Source: Octopus vulgaris (Eukaryota). From it: a DNA stretch of 64,000 bases. Each line of letters begins with the position of its first letter. Within the stretch, counting starts at the first letter, position 1. The translations under genes and the position numbers were made by a program. This document shows positions 38,600-51,866 of the stretch, piece by piece. The DNA is taken from NCBI GenBank assembly GCA_951406725.2, contig OX597816.1, positions 123,752,001 through 123,816,000 of the forward strand, written 5' to 3'. Below the pieces are notes generated by a model. The model ran no database searches. It was not told the origin of the DNA and was given only the letters and a program-made list of their open reading frames with translations.

Positions 38600-39370
38600 A
38601 GATTTGTAGATTTCTTGAAGATGGTGTCAACTGAAGGCCCATGTTAGATATTCTGTTGAACTACTGTGTTGCAGATCGTCAAGGCCATCATCATCAAGCT
38701 TTTATGCAAAGTATAGGCAGTCCAACTAATGAGTTTCTCTTTGTAATTGTTGTGGCAACATCTTGTGGCATAGTCTTCACCCCATCCAGGACATGAGTCT
38801 CACAGTCAATTGAAGCAATCAAGACTGCAGTACAACCTGTTTACCTTAAACTTAGATAACATTGAGGATTATGTTCTTGCAGCTGATCAGCTACATAATA
38901 CAGTCAAAATTGTTGACATCTCTTCAGAATGCTTCAGGAAAAGTTGTGGCCATCTGTATTTCAGTGCCAACAAGACTAGCCTTTTCCAGGGTTTATCCAG
39001 AGAGCACTCTTTTCTATGGAATCAAAATCAGTAGTATAAAGAAGGAGCTTCAAGCTTCCCATAAGGATTTAAAACATTTCCTGGCATAAGTACATTACCA
39101 AGATAAAATTTATGAATACATTCGATCCATCCTTACTGCTGTTGTTCAATGCAGGTTAGGCATTGCTGGCTGCTGTTAACAGGTTAAAAAACAGGCCTTA
39201 TCATATTATATTATGGAAACTTCCGCACTCAAATAGAGAACAAAGGCTGCAAGTTACACTGATTTTATCAGTAGAAATGCACATGACATGAAAGACCTAT
39301 CAACGCTCACATGGAACAGAGATTTCCGGTACAATGTTGTAAAACACATTACCATTGTGGCTGCTTGAAG
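38600..39370 (+). mobile_element. Highly decayed RTE/BovB-like LINE 3' region
   Basis: Relic motifs KELQASH..YQDKI and HDMKDL in the expected order. Confidence 0.4.
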
Positions 39371-39889
39371 AAAGGAGTAACATTATAAAGGATAAAAGCT
39401 CAAAACCAAAAAAAAAAAATTATTCATAAATTTAAATAAAATTGAAGAGACGTGTATGAATCCAAACAAAATACAATATTTTTTGACAAACAACATAAAG
39501 GAAAAATACTTTCAATAAAAGAAATCCGCAACTTAATGAGATACTTTAAAAAATCTGGAATAAAACATGGCATGTATTGTCATTTGTTGTATCTGTAATA
39601 GCTCTTTTTTTTCTAATACTGGTTTGATACTGGTATTTCAATACTGGTCAAATCAGAAATAATAATGAACAAGAACATAATTAAATCTAGTGAGTGAGAG
39701 CATGATTAAATGGAGAACTGCTCTGTTTTCCAACAGTCAAAAGCTTGACAGTGTTGACATTAAGCACGACATATTTCAAGGTGTTTTTTTTCTCCTTTGT
39801 GCTTCCTTTTTGCTACGTTTTCTCTGAGCCTGGTGCTTCAGAAGACAGGGATGAGTTACCAATTAGAAAAATATAAATAAATATAATGG

Positions 39890-40200
39890 AACCAGACTTT
39901 AAACATCTGCTCTTTATGGATTTTGCAAGATCAGAAAAAGTGATCAACATCTTGGTGCAAATTGTTTATGTAGTGATTAAAGGCCTACACACAGAGCAGG
40001 GCATTACAAAGTGTGCAACCGTCACTAAGCACTGGATAAATCAGGAGAACAACCATGAAATAGTATTACCCAATGGGAAAATGATTGACAGACCCAGAGG
40101 AAACAGGTCTCAAGTACATAAGAATAATGGGGTCAGATGATAATGCTGTCTAGACAGATTAAGAAGCAAGTACTAAAGGCCTACTTTGATATACTGACTA
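39890..40200 (+). mobile_element. R4/Dong-like RT fragment
   Basis: KHLLFMDFARSEKVINILVQIV....EQGITKCA....IVLPNGKMI (cf. NHLLFMDDLKLFAKSE..SLVQTV..EFGI.KCA). Confidence 0.7.
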
Positions 40201-40719
40201 AGTTTCAGGAGGCTGCACCAGGCTCCAATCTGATCTGGCAAGGTTTCTACAGCTGGATGCCATTTCTCTGTATGTGTGTGCATGTGTGTGTGTGTGCATG
40301 TGTGTTGTGCTTGTTTTGTTGTCTAATTTTGTATCAGAAAGAGATTTGGTTCAATTGTTTGACGCTGGCTAAGGGATTTTCTCACATGGCTGGGTTTTCT
40401 AAAAAGAGTACACCAATACTGTGTAAGCATATTTGGAGTTTTTTATTGATTTGATTGTCATGTTCTTGACATAGCTGTTTGTATATATGAATATATGTAT
40501 TTATGCATAAATGCACAAACACAGACTAAAGAATTTTAATAAACACAAGAACTCTCTAAGAATCATACCAAAATCACTAAACCCTGAAACATCATTTGCA
40601 ATAAATATGTCCTTAATATATTTTGCTGTTAATCTCACTAACAATAAACATTTTAAAAAGTCCCCTATATTGACCTAGCTAGCAACATTAACAAATACAA
40701 TACCATAATAAGAAATCAT

Positions 40720-41115
40720 ATAGGCGCACGAGTGGCTGTGTGGTAAGTAGCTTGCTTACCAACCACATGGTTCCAGGTTCAGTCCCACTGGGTGGCGCCT
40801 TGGGCAAGTGTCTTCTACTATAGCCTCAGGTTGACCAAAGCCTTGTGAGTGGATTTGGTAGATGGAAACTGAAAGAAGCCTGTCGTATATATGTATATAT
40901 ATATGTGTGTGTGTGTGTGTGTCTGCGTTTGTCTCCCCAACATTGCTTGGCAACTGATGGTGGTGTGTTTACGTCCCCGTAACTTAGCGGTTCGGCAAAA
41001 GAAACCGATAGAATAAGTACTAGGCTTACAAAGAATAAGTCCTAGGTCAATTTGCTCGACTAAAGGCGGTGCTCCAGCATGGCCACAGTCAAATGACTGA
41101 AACAAGTAAAAGAGT
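40720..41115 (+). mobile_element. CORE-like SINE, best-preserved copy
   Basis: GGCGCACGAGTGGCTGTGTGGTAAG A box, GGTTCAGTCCC B box, CCTTGGGCAAGTGTCTTC core, ATGACTGAAACAAGTAAAAGAG tail. Confidence 0.92.
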
Positions 41116-42032
41116 TATATCTGGAAAATAAAAAAAAAAGAAAATAGACATAAGACATTTCCCACACTCATCAAAAAATAGCCAATGAAGAAAAATAACA
41201 GCTAAACAGTAAATACAAAATGCAAACTAATGAACAAACAATCATGTGATCATGCCCACACCAGCCAATACCACCATAACTAAGTTGTAGTAGTTCTTGC
41301 TTGAAGATTGCAGTAGTGTGAAACTCAAGTCTTGAGATAAAAATTCAGTTTCAATAAAAGATATTCTCTATTGCTTCTTTGTTTTTTTATCTTGAAAGAT
41401 CTTTACAAAGAGAATGAGAATATTATATAGTACATGAACAACAAAGGGATATACATGAACTAACAGACATCTCTACTACTTGTGTCAAAACCTGAAGGTC
41501 AAGAGAGATAGTTAAAAAGTTATGGTAGAACAATTAAAAACAGCCTTACCAATCAGCCAATGCAGAAATTTAACAGCAAGCTTCCACCACCTCCACAACA
41601 AAAGTATTCACTTTAAATAGAAAATGCAAAACTTAAGAATTATTTTAATCATCTAACTGGATGTATAGAATATTTCAAATAAACTGTTTTAGAGATGATA
41701 TATGAAGCACCGAGAGAAAATTTGAAAATTTGAACAGATTTGGAAGCCAAAATAATGCATTTAATGAAAACATTTATTTATATATTTTCTGAATTTTCAA
41801 TCAAAAGATCTTTTCAAAGAGAAGAAGAGGTAAACAGTATACGAACAACAAAGTGAAGTAGATGAACGGACAGACATCTTGACAACTCATATTGAGGCCC
41901 TGAGGCAGAATGAAATAGTTCAAAAGTCTTACATTCATTCCACACACACACACACACACATACATACATAAATGTAGGTAAGCATACGTGAGTGTGCATG
42001 TGTGTGTGTCTTTGTGTGTGCCTCTCTCTCTA

Positions 42033-42064
<32 letters not shown>

Positions 42065-43527
42065 CATATATATATATATATAAACAGAGTGAGAGGGGAG
42101 GAAAGGAAGAAGGAAAGAAAAGAAAAGAAACTTGTGCAAGGGAACCACACCTGTGATGAATTCTGTTCATACATCATTCCAACATAAAAAAACACAAATA
42201 CACACATAAAAAATTCACATAAACATACATATATAAATAACTAATGCACAATACACAGTATGTTTTCTAATAGAAAACACAAGGTAAATTTAAAGTAGTA
42301 AAAACTATGTTTGTTAAGCTTTTCACTGTGGAACTTTAAACAGAGGAACATACAGTTCTTATTTTCTTTGTTCAAAGAAAAATAATAGAGTTTGATCTAA
42401 ATATTTCACGGTTCATAAAGCATTCATCAGAGGACAAGTCTGATCTCATTCTTCTAACCACAAAGTGAACTTGTAGCAAATGACAATTGGAAACTGACAC
42501 AAACCAGAATTTATCTTAATGGTTAGATTAATTTGCATACTGTGTTTGCCAACTATTTTTTTGTACCATCCAGTGTTTTAAATCTGGGTTTTTTCCCCAT
42601 TAACAAGGGTGGCTGGATCTACCTCAATACCATAGCAACTGCCCTCACATGATCTTGTCTAGTTTTGGGTGTCCTATCGTAAAAGACCTTTTACGATAAC
42701 ATGGTGGACCAGGTCAGTTTGAGCTTCCCTACTACTATAATGTAAACTTTTTTGAACTCATAATATTCTGTGCGTGTATGTATATACAGATACAACACCA
42801 ATATTCCACTGAACTTTTTAATAATTCCTTCTGGCAACTATCTTTAACATTTTCTTGAGAATGTATATATATGTTGTAATCTTTTGTGCCCAATATTTTA
42901 ATGAACTTGTTAAACTTTTTTATGTTCTTAACATGTTCTTGTTACCAAAGAATGTATATATATATTGTAGCATTTTGTGACAACCAATAATTAACACAAC
43001 CAAACTCTTACATGATATTTTTGACAATCTTTTTCTAAAAAGTGAAACCGGTAAAGTAAATAAACATCTTTTAAAATTGCATTTTCAAACCTTCTTTCAT
43101 ATATAATTCCACTCTTGTGGTACCTTACAGCTCCATTTTGTTTTATATATATATATATATATCATTATCATTATCATCATCATTTAAACTCTGTCTTCCT
43201 TGCATGCATGGGTAGGACAGTTGAGAGGAGTCGGCTAGGGAGAAAGCTACTCTATGCTACTCTGTCTGGCAGGATTTTTATGGGCGAATGCCCATCCTAA
43301 CACCAACCACTCTGCAGAGTGAACTCAGTGCTTTTTATGTGACACATACACACACACTTCATATTATCTGGGTAATAACCTTATATTATGTTATCCATGG
43401 TTATCAGCTACCACATGCTATCATGCAGCAGAAATTCTGGTTACACATGTGGAGATCCATCAATGTCCACAAAATTCATACAAGAAAATTCTAATACAAG
43501 AAGGAATGAACAGACTTTAATCCAAAG

Positions 43528-43649
43528 CATTACAATTGTTTCCATGTATTAGTATTAACTGGTAATTACTGAGTATTTCAGATATTACACACATCTTTGC
43601 ATTAAATATGATTCAACAATAGCTATGTACCTGCATGTCTTCAGGTGAG
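43528..43649 (-). ncRNA. Hammerhead-like motif with long stem-II insertion
   Basis: - strand CAC-CUGAAGA-CAUG...(~90 nt)...CAUG-GAAA-CAAUUG-UA-AUG; palindromic loop III. Confidence 0.4.
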
Positions 43650-44441
43650 TGGGTTTGAGAACACTGCTGTATATGTGGGGGGTGTAAATATATTTATATA
43701 TTTTATTTGTATATACATGCATATATACTTATACATAGACAGACTGATACATACATAGAGAGATACATACACATGTTTATATATCTAGCAGTATGGCTGT
43801 ATGTGTACATGCACACATGTGTGTGTCACTTCCTTCTCTAATAGTCACACTGACCACAAAATATTCTCTCTTCTGAAATAAGTTAAGCCACAACCATCCT
43901 TAATTCAATTTGTTTCTTTGTACGTGACAACAACCAAACCACTTATCACATCTAAGACATTGAACCATCTTATCCCTCAAACATCTTCAATTATTCTTGA
44001 AGAATCCTTCCTCTTTCCAAACAACATTACCTCAGTAAAGAAAGCCTTAAAGTTTTACAATCTATGTAATCTTCATAACTCCACAAACTTTGTAGTTATT
44101 CAGAATATTCAATTTATTACTTCATCATTATAATTTTGTTTTACCTCTAAGGTAACTCTGTTTTATTATTTTCTTAGTCTGCATCCATCAATCATAGATA
44201 TCCCATAACTTCTAGGCCCTCCACCTCACTTCAGTATTTTTCCTATTTATAATGCCAGTCAGCTATTCATAGCATATTTCCTCCTTTTTTTATATACCTT
44301 CTATATAATACTCAAAGATTTTTCTTTTGACATCTGTATTGTAATACTTGTATTTGTTTCATTAACGATTACGATATCTGAAGAAGCATATTTTGGCTTT
44401 GCTCAGAACATTGAGGGAAATGGCTCCCAGAACATTGAGAG

Positions 44442-44725
44442 CAGTGGTTCTCAAACAATTTTTGCCTATGGACCCCCTTTGATTCTAATTTTACTCTACT
44501 TGACCTCCATAGCCATTCGATGTATATCAAAAGAAATCCTACTGTTCTCTTATAATTAAATATTATAAAGAATTATATAAAAAAAATTAAATATTTTGTG
44601 TATTGTAAAAGTAAAACCAATTTATTGCACATAAAGTTTAATAAGAACATTTTATATAGACCCCAAAGCCCATATAGACCCCACCCCAACCCAAAGACCA
44701 TATGGACCCCAGTTGAGAACCACTG
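44442..44725. mobile_element. hAT-Charlie (MER5-like) MITE
   Basis: Perfect 13-bp TIR CAGTGGTTCTCAA / TTGAGAACCACTG; internal ATGGACCCC repeats; right flank ATCTACAA resembles the NTCTAGAN target. Confidence 0.88.
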
Positions 44726-45617
44726 ATCTACAATATGCATCACTGAAGAATGCAAATCAGGTTAAAACTTTGTGTCCTGTGATCCAAAGGTGCTCTGAAC
44801 AAAGTCCTGCATGAAATTTTCTGAGAGAAAATATTACAGTTAGTACTGTTCCACATTTGTATACACATTGTTAATGTGTATATTTACTGGCATTTTAATC
44901 TAAGGATATTCCAAGTGCATAAATATATAACATGTAAATATATAAACACACACACATACATACATACTCTATATACATAAATGTTTATCACATAGTTTCA
45001 TGTGTCTGTGTTAAAACTAAGTGGAAAAGACGACAACGTTTATCATCTTTACCTTCAATAGAAAATTTCATTATATGTATGTGTGTGTGTTAGAAACTGG
45101 TTATTATGTAATTCTATATATGATGCTATGGACTATATATGTGTCTTGTAAATAAGTATATTTTAGTACACAAGAAATGTAATATGTTTTATATGAGAAC
45201 TTATTTGTATTAACCATACAAAATATATGCAGTGGAGGTATATTGAATAAAATTTGTATATTGCCATGTATGTCTGTTCGGTTGTAACAGCTTTATATAA
45301 AGGATATATCATAATGTTATTTATATGTTATGTGTGTGCATGTATGCTACATTGATTATTGACCAAATATAGAACTTTTAGTAAATTAATTTTAATCAAA
45401 ACCTAGCCTGGCAATATTTGTTGTGTTGTAACAAGCTTCCATCAAATATATAGATTGAATGTTATTTTGATGCATTTATTAAATACAAGTTTTGGTTTAT
45501 TTTCTTTTAAAACACTAGCCTTTTTTTTAGAAGCACATGCATACTAGTATGTATGTGTATGTGTATGCATGTATGCACATATGTGTGTGTGTGTGTGTGT
45601 GTGTGTATACATATGTG

Positions 45618-45830
45618 CTTTTATCTTTTACTTGTTTCAGTCACTAGATAGGGCACTGCCTCGAAGAATTTTTTGTTGAACAAATCAGCCCTAGTACCAT
45701 TTATATGCCTGATACTTATGCTGTTGGTCTCTTTACAAAATCACTAAGTTGTGGGGACATAAACACACCAAAATGAATTGTCAAGCAATAGTGGGGGCAA
45801 ACACAGACATAAAATCATACACACACACAC
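45618..45830 (-). mobile_element. CORE-like SINE 3' half
   Basis: TTTTACTTGTTTCAGTCA tail (reverse complement) and GGGGACATAAACACACC. Confidence 0.7.
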
Positions 45831-46129
45831 ATGTATAAAAGCACTGTAGCTCACTTGAAGCATTGTAACTTCAAAGAAAAGAGAAATGGAAAATTAGAAA
45901 GCTTCTAACAATGCGGAATGTTTCACAAATCTTTTATTTCAGGCACAAAGGCCCATCTTTAGAAGAAAAACGGTCTGGGAAATGTCTAGTTAACCTATTC
46001 AAATTCATCAACATTCTGTTAGTAGCAGTCACTCTCCAATTGCAACAATTACTACATTGGTTGCACAGTATGACCACTATGTCTGAATTAAGGAGTATCT
46101 CATAACCAATGCGTTTTCCTTCTGCAAAC

Positions 46130-47680
46130 ACCTGACCAGATGCAACTACACTACACCACCAAGGAGATAGATGCCTCTATACTGGCCTCGGGAAGGAACA
46201 CTGGTAATCTACATATAAAATAAGCTCTATTGGTCCACCGCCTCAACCTGAAAATTAGCAGTCAATCGGTGTTGAACTGTTGGCTTCTATGTAAACATGA
46301 TGGCAACTGCAACCAACACTATAATATACATCACCACTACCACCACCTCCACCGCCTGTGGTGTTTTGTGATTATGCCATCCAGGTATGTGTCCTTTTTG
46401 TTATATTTGACCAGTGTGGTCGTGTCTGTAGGGGCCTTATGTCTAAGGGGGTGGGGATCTTGATATTTTTGTGGGTGATGTGGTTCGTTTTTTTGTGGGT
46501 GTGTCGGGATGGGAGGGCGTGGGTGACACACTGTCTTTTACTTGGTTTCCTTTTCACCTCTTGAAATTCTTCCTCCCTTTTGGCAGCCTCCATGTTGTCT
46601 GCCAGAGGTGGTGTGGGGTCTTCTCTTATTTCCTTTTGCTTGTTTTTGGCTTTTTCCTTTGCTTCTTCTGTTTTTCCAGTTTCTTCTGTAGTCGAATGGG
46701 GGAGGGGGGCTCCTCGTTATTCTTCTTTTTTGAAGTGCCACACTCTGCTCTTATGTGGCCTTTTTTGCTACACATGTAGCAGCACGGCTTCTTCCCCTCG
46801 ACTTATATTTTTAGAATAGTTTCTTCCCCGGTTACTATTCAATCAGGAATTTCTTCAAGGTCCATCAGAGTGGCCTGAATCAGGATTTCTATGTTACGAC
46901 ACAGCCAATTTTTTGGGATGTGGTGGGGTTGAGCGTGTGATTTGCAGAATATTGATCTTATCGTCTCTGCCATAGCAGAGCACTGCAATAATCCAACGTA
47001 TGTCTACCTCTGGTGGCACTTCTTTGATTTTGATCTGGGACATTCTACCTCCCAGATACGATGGTAGTAATGCCACTTCTGTAGTTTTCAGTGTTGTCAC
47101 GGAATGTTTTTTTGCTGTTTTAGTGTCTTTAAAGCACACCTCTATAGAGGCAAGCCTTTTGCCTTGGGCCACATACGTAATATCATTCCAAAGTGGTCTG
47201 AAGCACTTTTCAATTTTTCCTTCTCCAAGATTACGATTTTTTTACCTCTAAGTCAAAGCATTTATAGAGTATGGTCCTATGGTCTCTTTGGTTGGTTACT
47301 TCACTTAGTGGGGAGATACGAACATCTTCCCCCTCCACTGTGAGCATACTGTAATATACCTGGTAATCTGTTCTGGTCATGTTAACATTTATGTACGCTA
47401 CATTGGTAACTTCTGCGTAATTCCTTTTCTCTTCATTGTTATTGACCTCCATGCTCACAACAATACAACAGTTCACAAAACAATAAAACATAATAGTAAT
47501 CTTTCCCCCCGTAGGGGAGGCAAACAATTTTTCATAAAAGTGTATAAATATCAGTTTTTCAAATTCAGCAACAAAGGTTCAATATTAACAATAATATGGC
47601 ACACAAAAAATCCACTGCAAACTCACCAGCCTGCTACCAAAACACAAAAAAGCTTATGGCACTCTTCTGATAGCTCCAGC
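46130..47680 (-). mobile_element. L1/Tx1-like ORF1 (gag-like) element with zinc knuckle, no ORF2 visible
   Basis: RNYAEV N-terminus, RRM-like IKIKEVPPEVD, VEGKKPC-CYMCSKKGHIRAEC (CX2CX4HX4C at 46740-46781), EEFQEVKRK; frameshifted. Confidence 0.7.
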
Positions 47681-48149
47681 ATGCATGTGTATTTATACAA
47701 AACACTTACACATGTATAGACAGAGTGGAGAAGGGTGTACATTAAATTCAAACCATAACTAATGGAAAACATTAACAAAAACATTATATAAAAAGAATTC
47801 TAGTTTCCAAAGTTTAACCTTCACAACGTAGGCTTCATTATTTGTTTCAGATTTCATTGCTAGATGTGAGATGCAGGTCTGAAAATCTGCACTAGAGACA
47901 GTGAATTGGCAGAATCAGTGAGAGTTGAAAAAAATGCTTAGACTATTAGGGTAGAGCCCTTTGCACTCTGAGATAAAATTCCTGATACAATCAATTTTGT
48001 CTTTCATCCTTCCAGGTTTGATAAAGTAATAGCCAGTCATGTACTGATGGTGGTTTCTGTAATGTATATGAAAATTTGAGATGAATTACAGTTGATTACC
48101 TCATTCACTGCTATGGTGTTTTTAAATGCTCCTCTAATTTCTGCAATAC

Positions 48150-49140
48150 TTTTATATAAATAACAGTTTAGATAACTTTTAGGGCAGCATTACAGAACAA
48201 CATGAGGATTGGACAGTGCAAAGTACAAGCTTTTTAGAAAATGTGGAAGAATTGTGTAGTGATTTTGATAAATGGATTTTGTACTATTATGAGTGCTATG
48301 ATCTTGTGCTTTGTTGCAGTGAAGCAAAATTCTTCTTGACAATTATTTTCATCATTTCTGTTGAATTTTCATCCTTCCATTGTTAATTGCTATTACATAA
48401 TGTTAGCCAGCCACAAGTTTGCCTGTATTGAGATATTCAATATGAATGACACCTTTACAATTGTCAAAAAAACCACATGCCATCTCTGATTCAAACTGAC
48501 TTTGTCATAATTGGTTCAAAGGGAAGTGGATAGCCTTTACTTGCTTGTTCAATTATTGTTGTTTGCTTGTTGGATCATACCCACAAACTCATACCTCATC
48601 ACCAATAGCAATTCATGTAAAAAAAACTCCTATTGAAGATCACTGTCAAAAATGTTAATGAAATTTTTGCACAACTCAGTTCTTTATTCTTTATCTTTTT
48701 ATATATTTATTTGCCAATGAATGCTTGTCAAAAGATGAGGAATCCAGCTTTGTATATATCCAGATGTTTATGAAATATTTACCGAACAAAACTTCTGCTT
48801 ATATTTTAACACAAATACGATGTTTCTAGTTGTCATCTTTAATTCTGCTTCATTTCGGTTTGTCACCAATTCAGTGTTGTCCTCAGATGTCAAAGTAGAA
48901 GGAGACCCACTAAAATCTCCATCTTACACACTGATTTCTACTTTCACTAGTGCGTTTCTTTTATTCCTGAAGAATTCTCGCAACCATTATTTTACTGCTA
49001 TAAACTTTCTGAAAACTCATAAAAATTTCATTTGCTAACTTATTCAGCTTATGAAATTTTGGCTATCTTCTTGCATTTTTTCCCCTTGAAGAGTATTATT
49101 GAGATATGAGTATAATTATATGACCTTTAAGTAATAATTC
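48150..49140 (-). mobile_element. Mariner (DD34D) transposase relic
   Basis: - strand IAIGDEV*VCGYDP (cf. IVTGDETWV..YDP) and DNCKGVIHIEYL. Confidence 0.6.
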
Positions 49141-49265
49141 TTTTTTTTATTTTTTTACGTTGTAGTCGACTTTATTATTTTTATCTTTGTACATTGTGCT
49201 AAAATTAATGTCTTTTTATTTACTGCACACAAACATTTATGGCATAAGCGTTTTGGGCCCCCTTC

Positions 49266-49316
<51 letters not shown>

Positions 49317-49373
49317 AGTATGTGTGTGTATGTGTGTGTGTGAATATATATACATATAGGCACATATATATGA

Positions 49374-49412
<39 letters not shown>

Positions 49413-50709
49413 CTTGTCTGTATATAGATACACAGTATAATTACAGGGCTGCATTCAAAAGAGTTTATAATTACAGAATAACTTTGCAAACCAAGTAGAG
49501 ATAACACAATAACTTCAATACTGTATGTGTATTAAGTTTGGACCTCAAATGGATAGGATAGGGGCTAGTTGAAAGAACTCCAGTGATTGGATGAAATGGC
49601 AACAATGGGACATCTTTTGCTGACTTTCATTAGGTTTCATCTGATTTGTCAGAAGCCTAACTTCAAGTGGAGCAAGAGAGGGGGAGAGGAGGAGAGGTGG
49701 TGGTGAGTGAAATGTGCAATTTCTTTTTTGAACTAAGTTTTTTTTTCTCTGTTACTTAACCCATCTGTAATGTTTTCATGTGATTAGTTGAAGGGAAAGG
49801 CAAAGAGTGACAGAAAAAGTGGGTAAGGTAAAGAGTGAAAGAGAAAGAGGGCGGGAGCTTTGCATTAAGTCTATATAATTGTGCATAAAGTATATAAAGG
49901 GTATATATAAAGTACATTAAGTAATCATTGTATTCCAATTTCCTTCACTTTTCAACGAGCGACTATCATTTGATACAGACACAACACAGGCTATGCTTTC
50001 AGGTTTTTTGGATAAAATTTTCAGAAATAACCCAATAGGTTTAGCATTAATTCCATGAAGAATTCATGAATCTTGCTAGTTTTAATTAAAGCTACAAGTA
50101 ACTGTGGAATTTCAATGGATATTTTGAAAACTATAACATTATGTAGAACCAAGAAATAGTATAATTTGTTTTGAGTTGTATTTTTTCTTAAGATATCGGT
50201 TCTTGAAATAGTATAAAGCTCACATAGTTAGCATTGAAGGTGTAATCTTTGGAAAATATACTTTTTGTTATACACAGTCATATCATCTATGAAGAGATTT
50301 GTTATCTTTGATTTTCATCTTTACATCAAGAAGTAAACAATCTTAATACTGAATAAACTCAAAGATATAATGTACCTCTAATATTATTCTGCTACTGTGT
50401 AAAATGTGGCTGAATACACCATTTGGACTCAGATATACAATGTGTCACTCCCTTCCTCATCATCTTTTGTTGTTTAATTCTCACTCTATCTTTATTTCTT
50501 TCTTTTTCTTTGTTTCCATATTGAAATATTTCTATGTGGGGTTTTCTTGATAATTTAATCTTTTATGCTTTTAATTTTTTTCTTTCTTTCAAGAAATTGT
50601 AGTAAGCTTCACATCATAGATGAAAGCATTATATGTGGCTGGACTTTAACCCACAGTTTCAATGAACAAAGTAAAGTAGTCATCTCATAAAACAGTGGAT
50701 TCTGCTTAA

Positions 50710-50784
50710 TATATATGTGTGTGTGTGTGTGTGTATGCGTATGTATGCATAAATACATTTACACACATACACACATATATATAC

Positions 50785-50824
<40 letters not shown>

Positions 50825-50859
50825 GCATATATATGTGTGTATATTTTCATAAAGCTTCC

Positions 50860-50896
<37 letters not shown>

Positions 50897-50921
50897 CATG
50901 TATGTATGTATATATATACAT

Positions 50922-51006
<85 letters not shown>
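50710..51006. repeat. Compound TA/TG/CA microsatellite
   Basis: Directly visible. Confidence 0.9.
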
Positions 51007-51009
<3 letters not shown>

Positions 51010-51717
51010 TACACTACACTTAAATTGAAGTTTTTATTCATCACTCAATTGTCTCATGAATAATATAAAGGTAGTCTACATAATGGATTGTGCAATCGAT
51101 TTTTTTTTTCTATAATTAACAAAATGTTTCTTTAAAGTGTTACATCTGCAGACAGAAGCAGAACAATTTGATAGTTTAAAATTTATCTTTGTTACCAAGG
51201 TTGCAGGAAAATTTCATCACACACAGACACAGAAGTCTGGTGCAGGCACCTGCCTGGCCAGCTCCTGTCAAACAGTCCAACCCATGCCGGCATAGAAGTT
51301 AGAAGTTAAATGATGATGATGATGACGATGACGACGACGACGACGATGATGATGATGATGATGATGATGATAAAACATTCATTATTGAAGGCTACGATGG
51401 ACTGGGAAATTTTAGAATTAACATGACTATATTTTTGTTACGATAAATAACTTGCTAAGGGTTTGGAAAGCATTCCTTTTGCTTGGCCATAGATGATTCA
51501 TGTAATAACCCTTAAAAGGTCTCATTCACATATTTGCATACGATTTAAGAGTATTTTCACTCTTGATAAAGAGAATGTACTTGGCTATAACCTTTGCATT
51601 ATGTCCATGACCAAAAGGACATGATCAAATATTTTTTAAGTTACATTGTCTATACTTATGGCTACTAAGAGTAAATTTGATATTTATATTAATATTTGTA
51701 TTCCTTCAGGTATTTTG

Positions 51718-51866
51718 TGGGCGCACACTCTCCTACCCTGATGTAATCTCCAGGGATACAGGCATCCAGCAACAGGACCTCCGTAACGCCATGATGGACC
51801 GTGAAGTCTGGCGTAGCATGGTAAATTCCATTGTCTCGACCACGGTCGAACAATGATGATGATGAT
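51718..51866 (+). mobile_element. Short, young 5'-truncated RTE-type 3' end
   Basis: LSYPDVISRDTGIQQQDLRNAMMDREVWRSMVNSIVSTTVEQ* directly followed by (GAT)n; CpG-rich. Confidence 0.7.

Noticed and set aside
40720-40800. tRNA-like A/B boxes (also in the other SINE heads)
   Set aside because: No complete cloverleaf; they continue into SINE bodies, so they are SINE heads rather than tRNA genes.
44378-44785. Two CTGAAGA boxes flanking the hAT MITE
   Set aside because: The GAAA box is missing or mutated and stem I cannot be formed; too degenerate to call.
45943-46105. + strand acceptor TCTTTTATTTCAG followed by a short open frame
   Set aside because: No donor or partner exon, no recognisable protein; opposite to the better-supported minus-strand signals.
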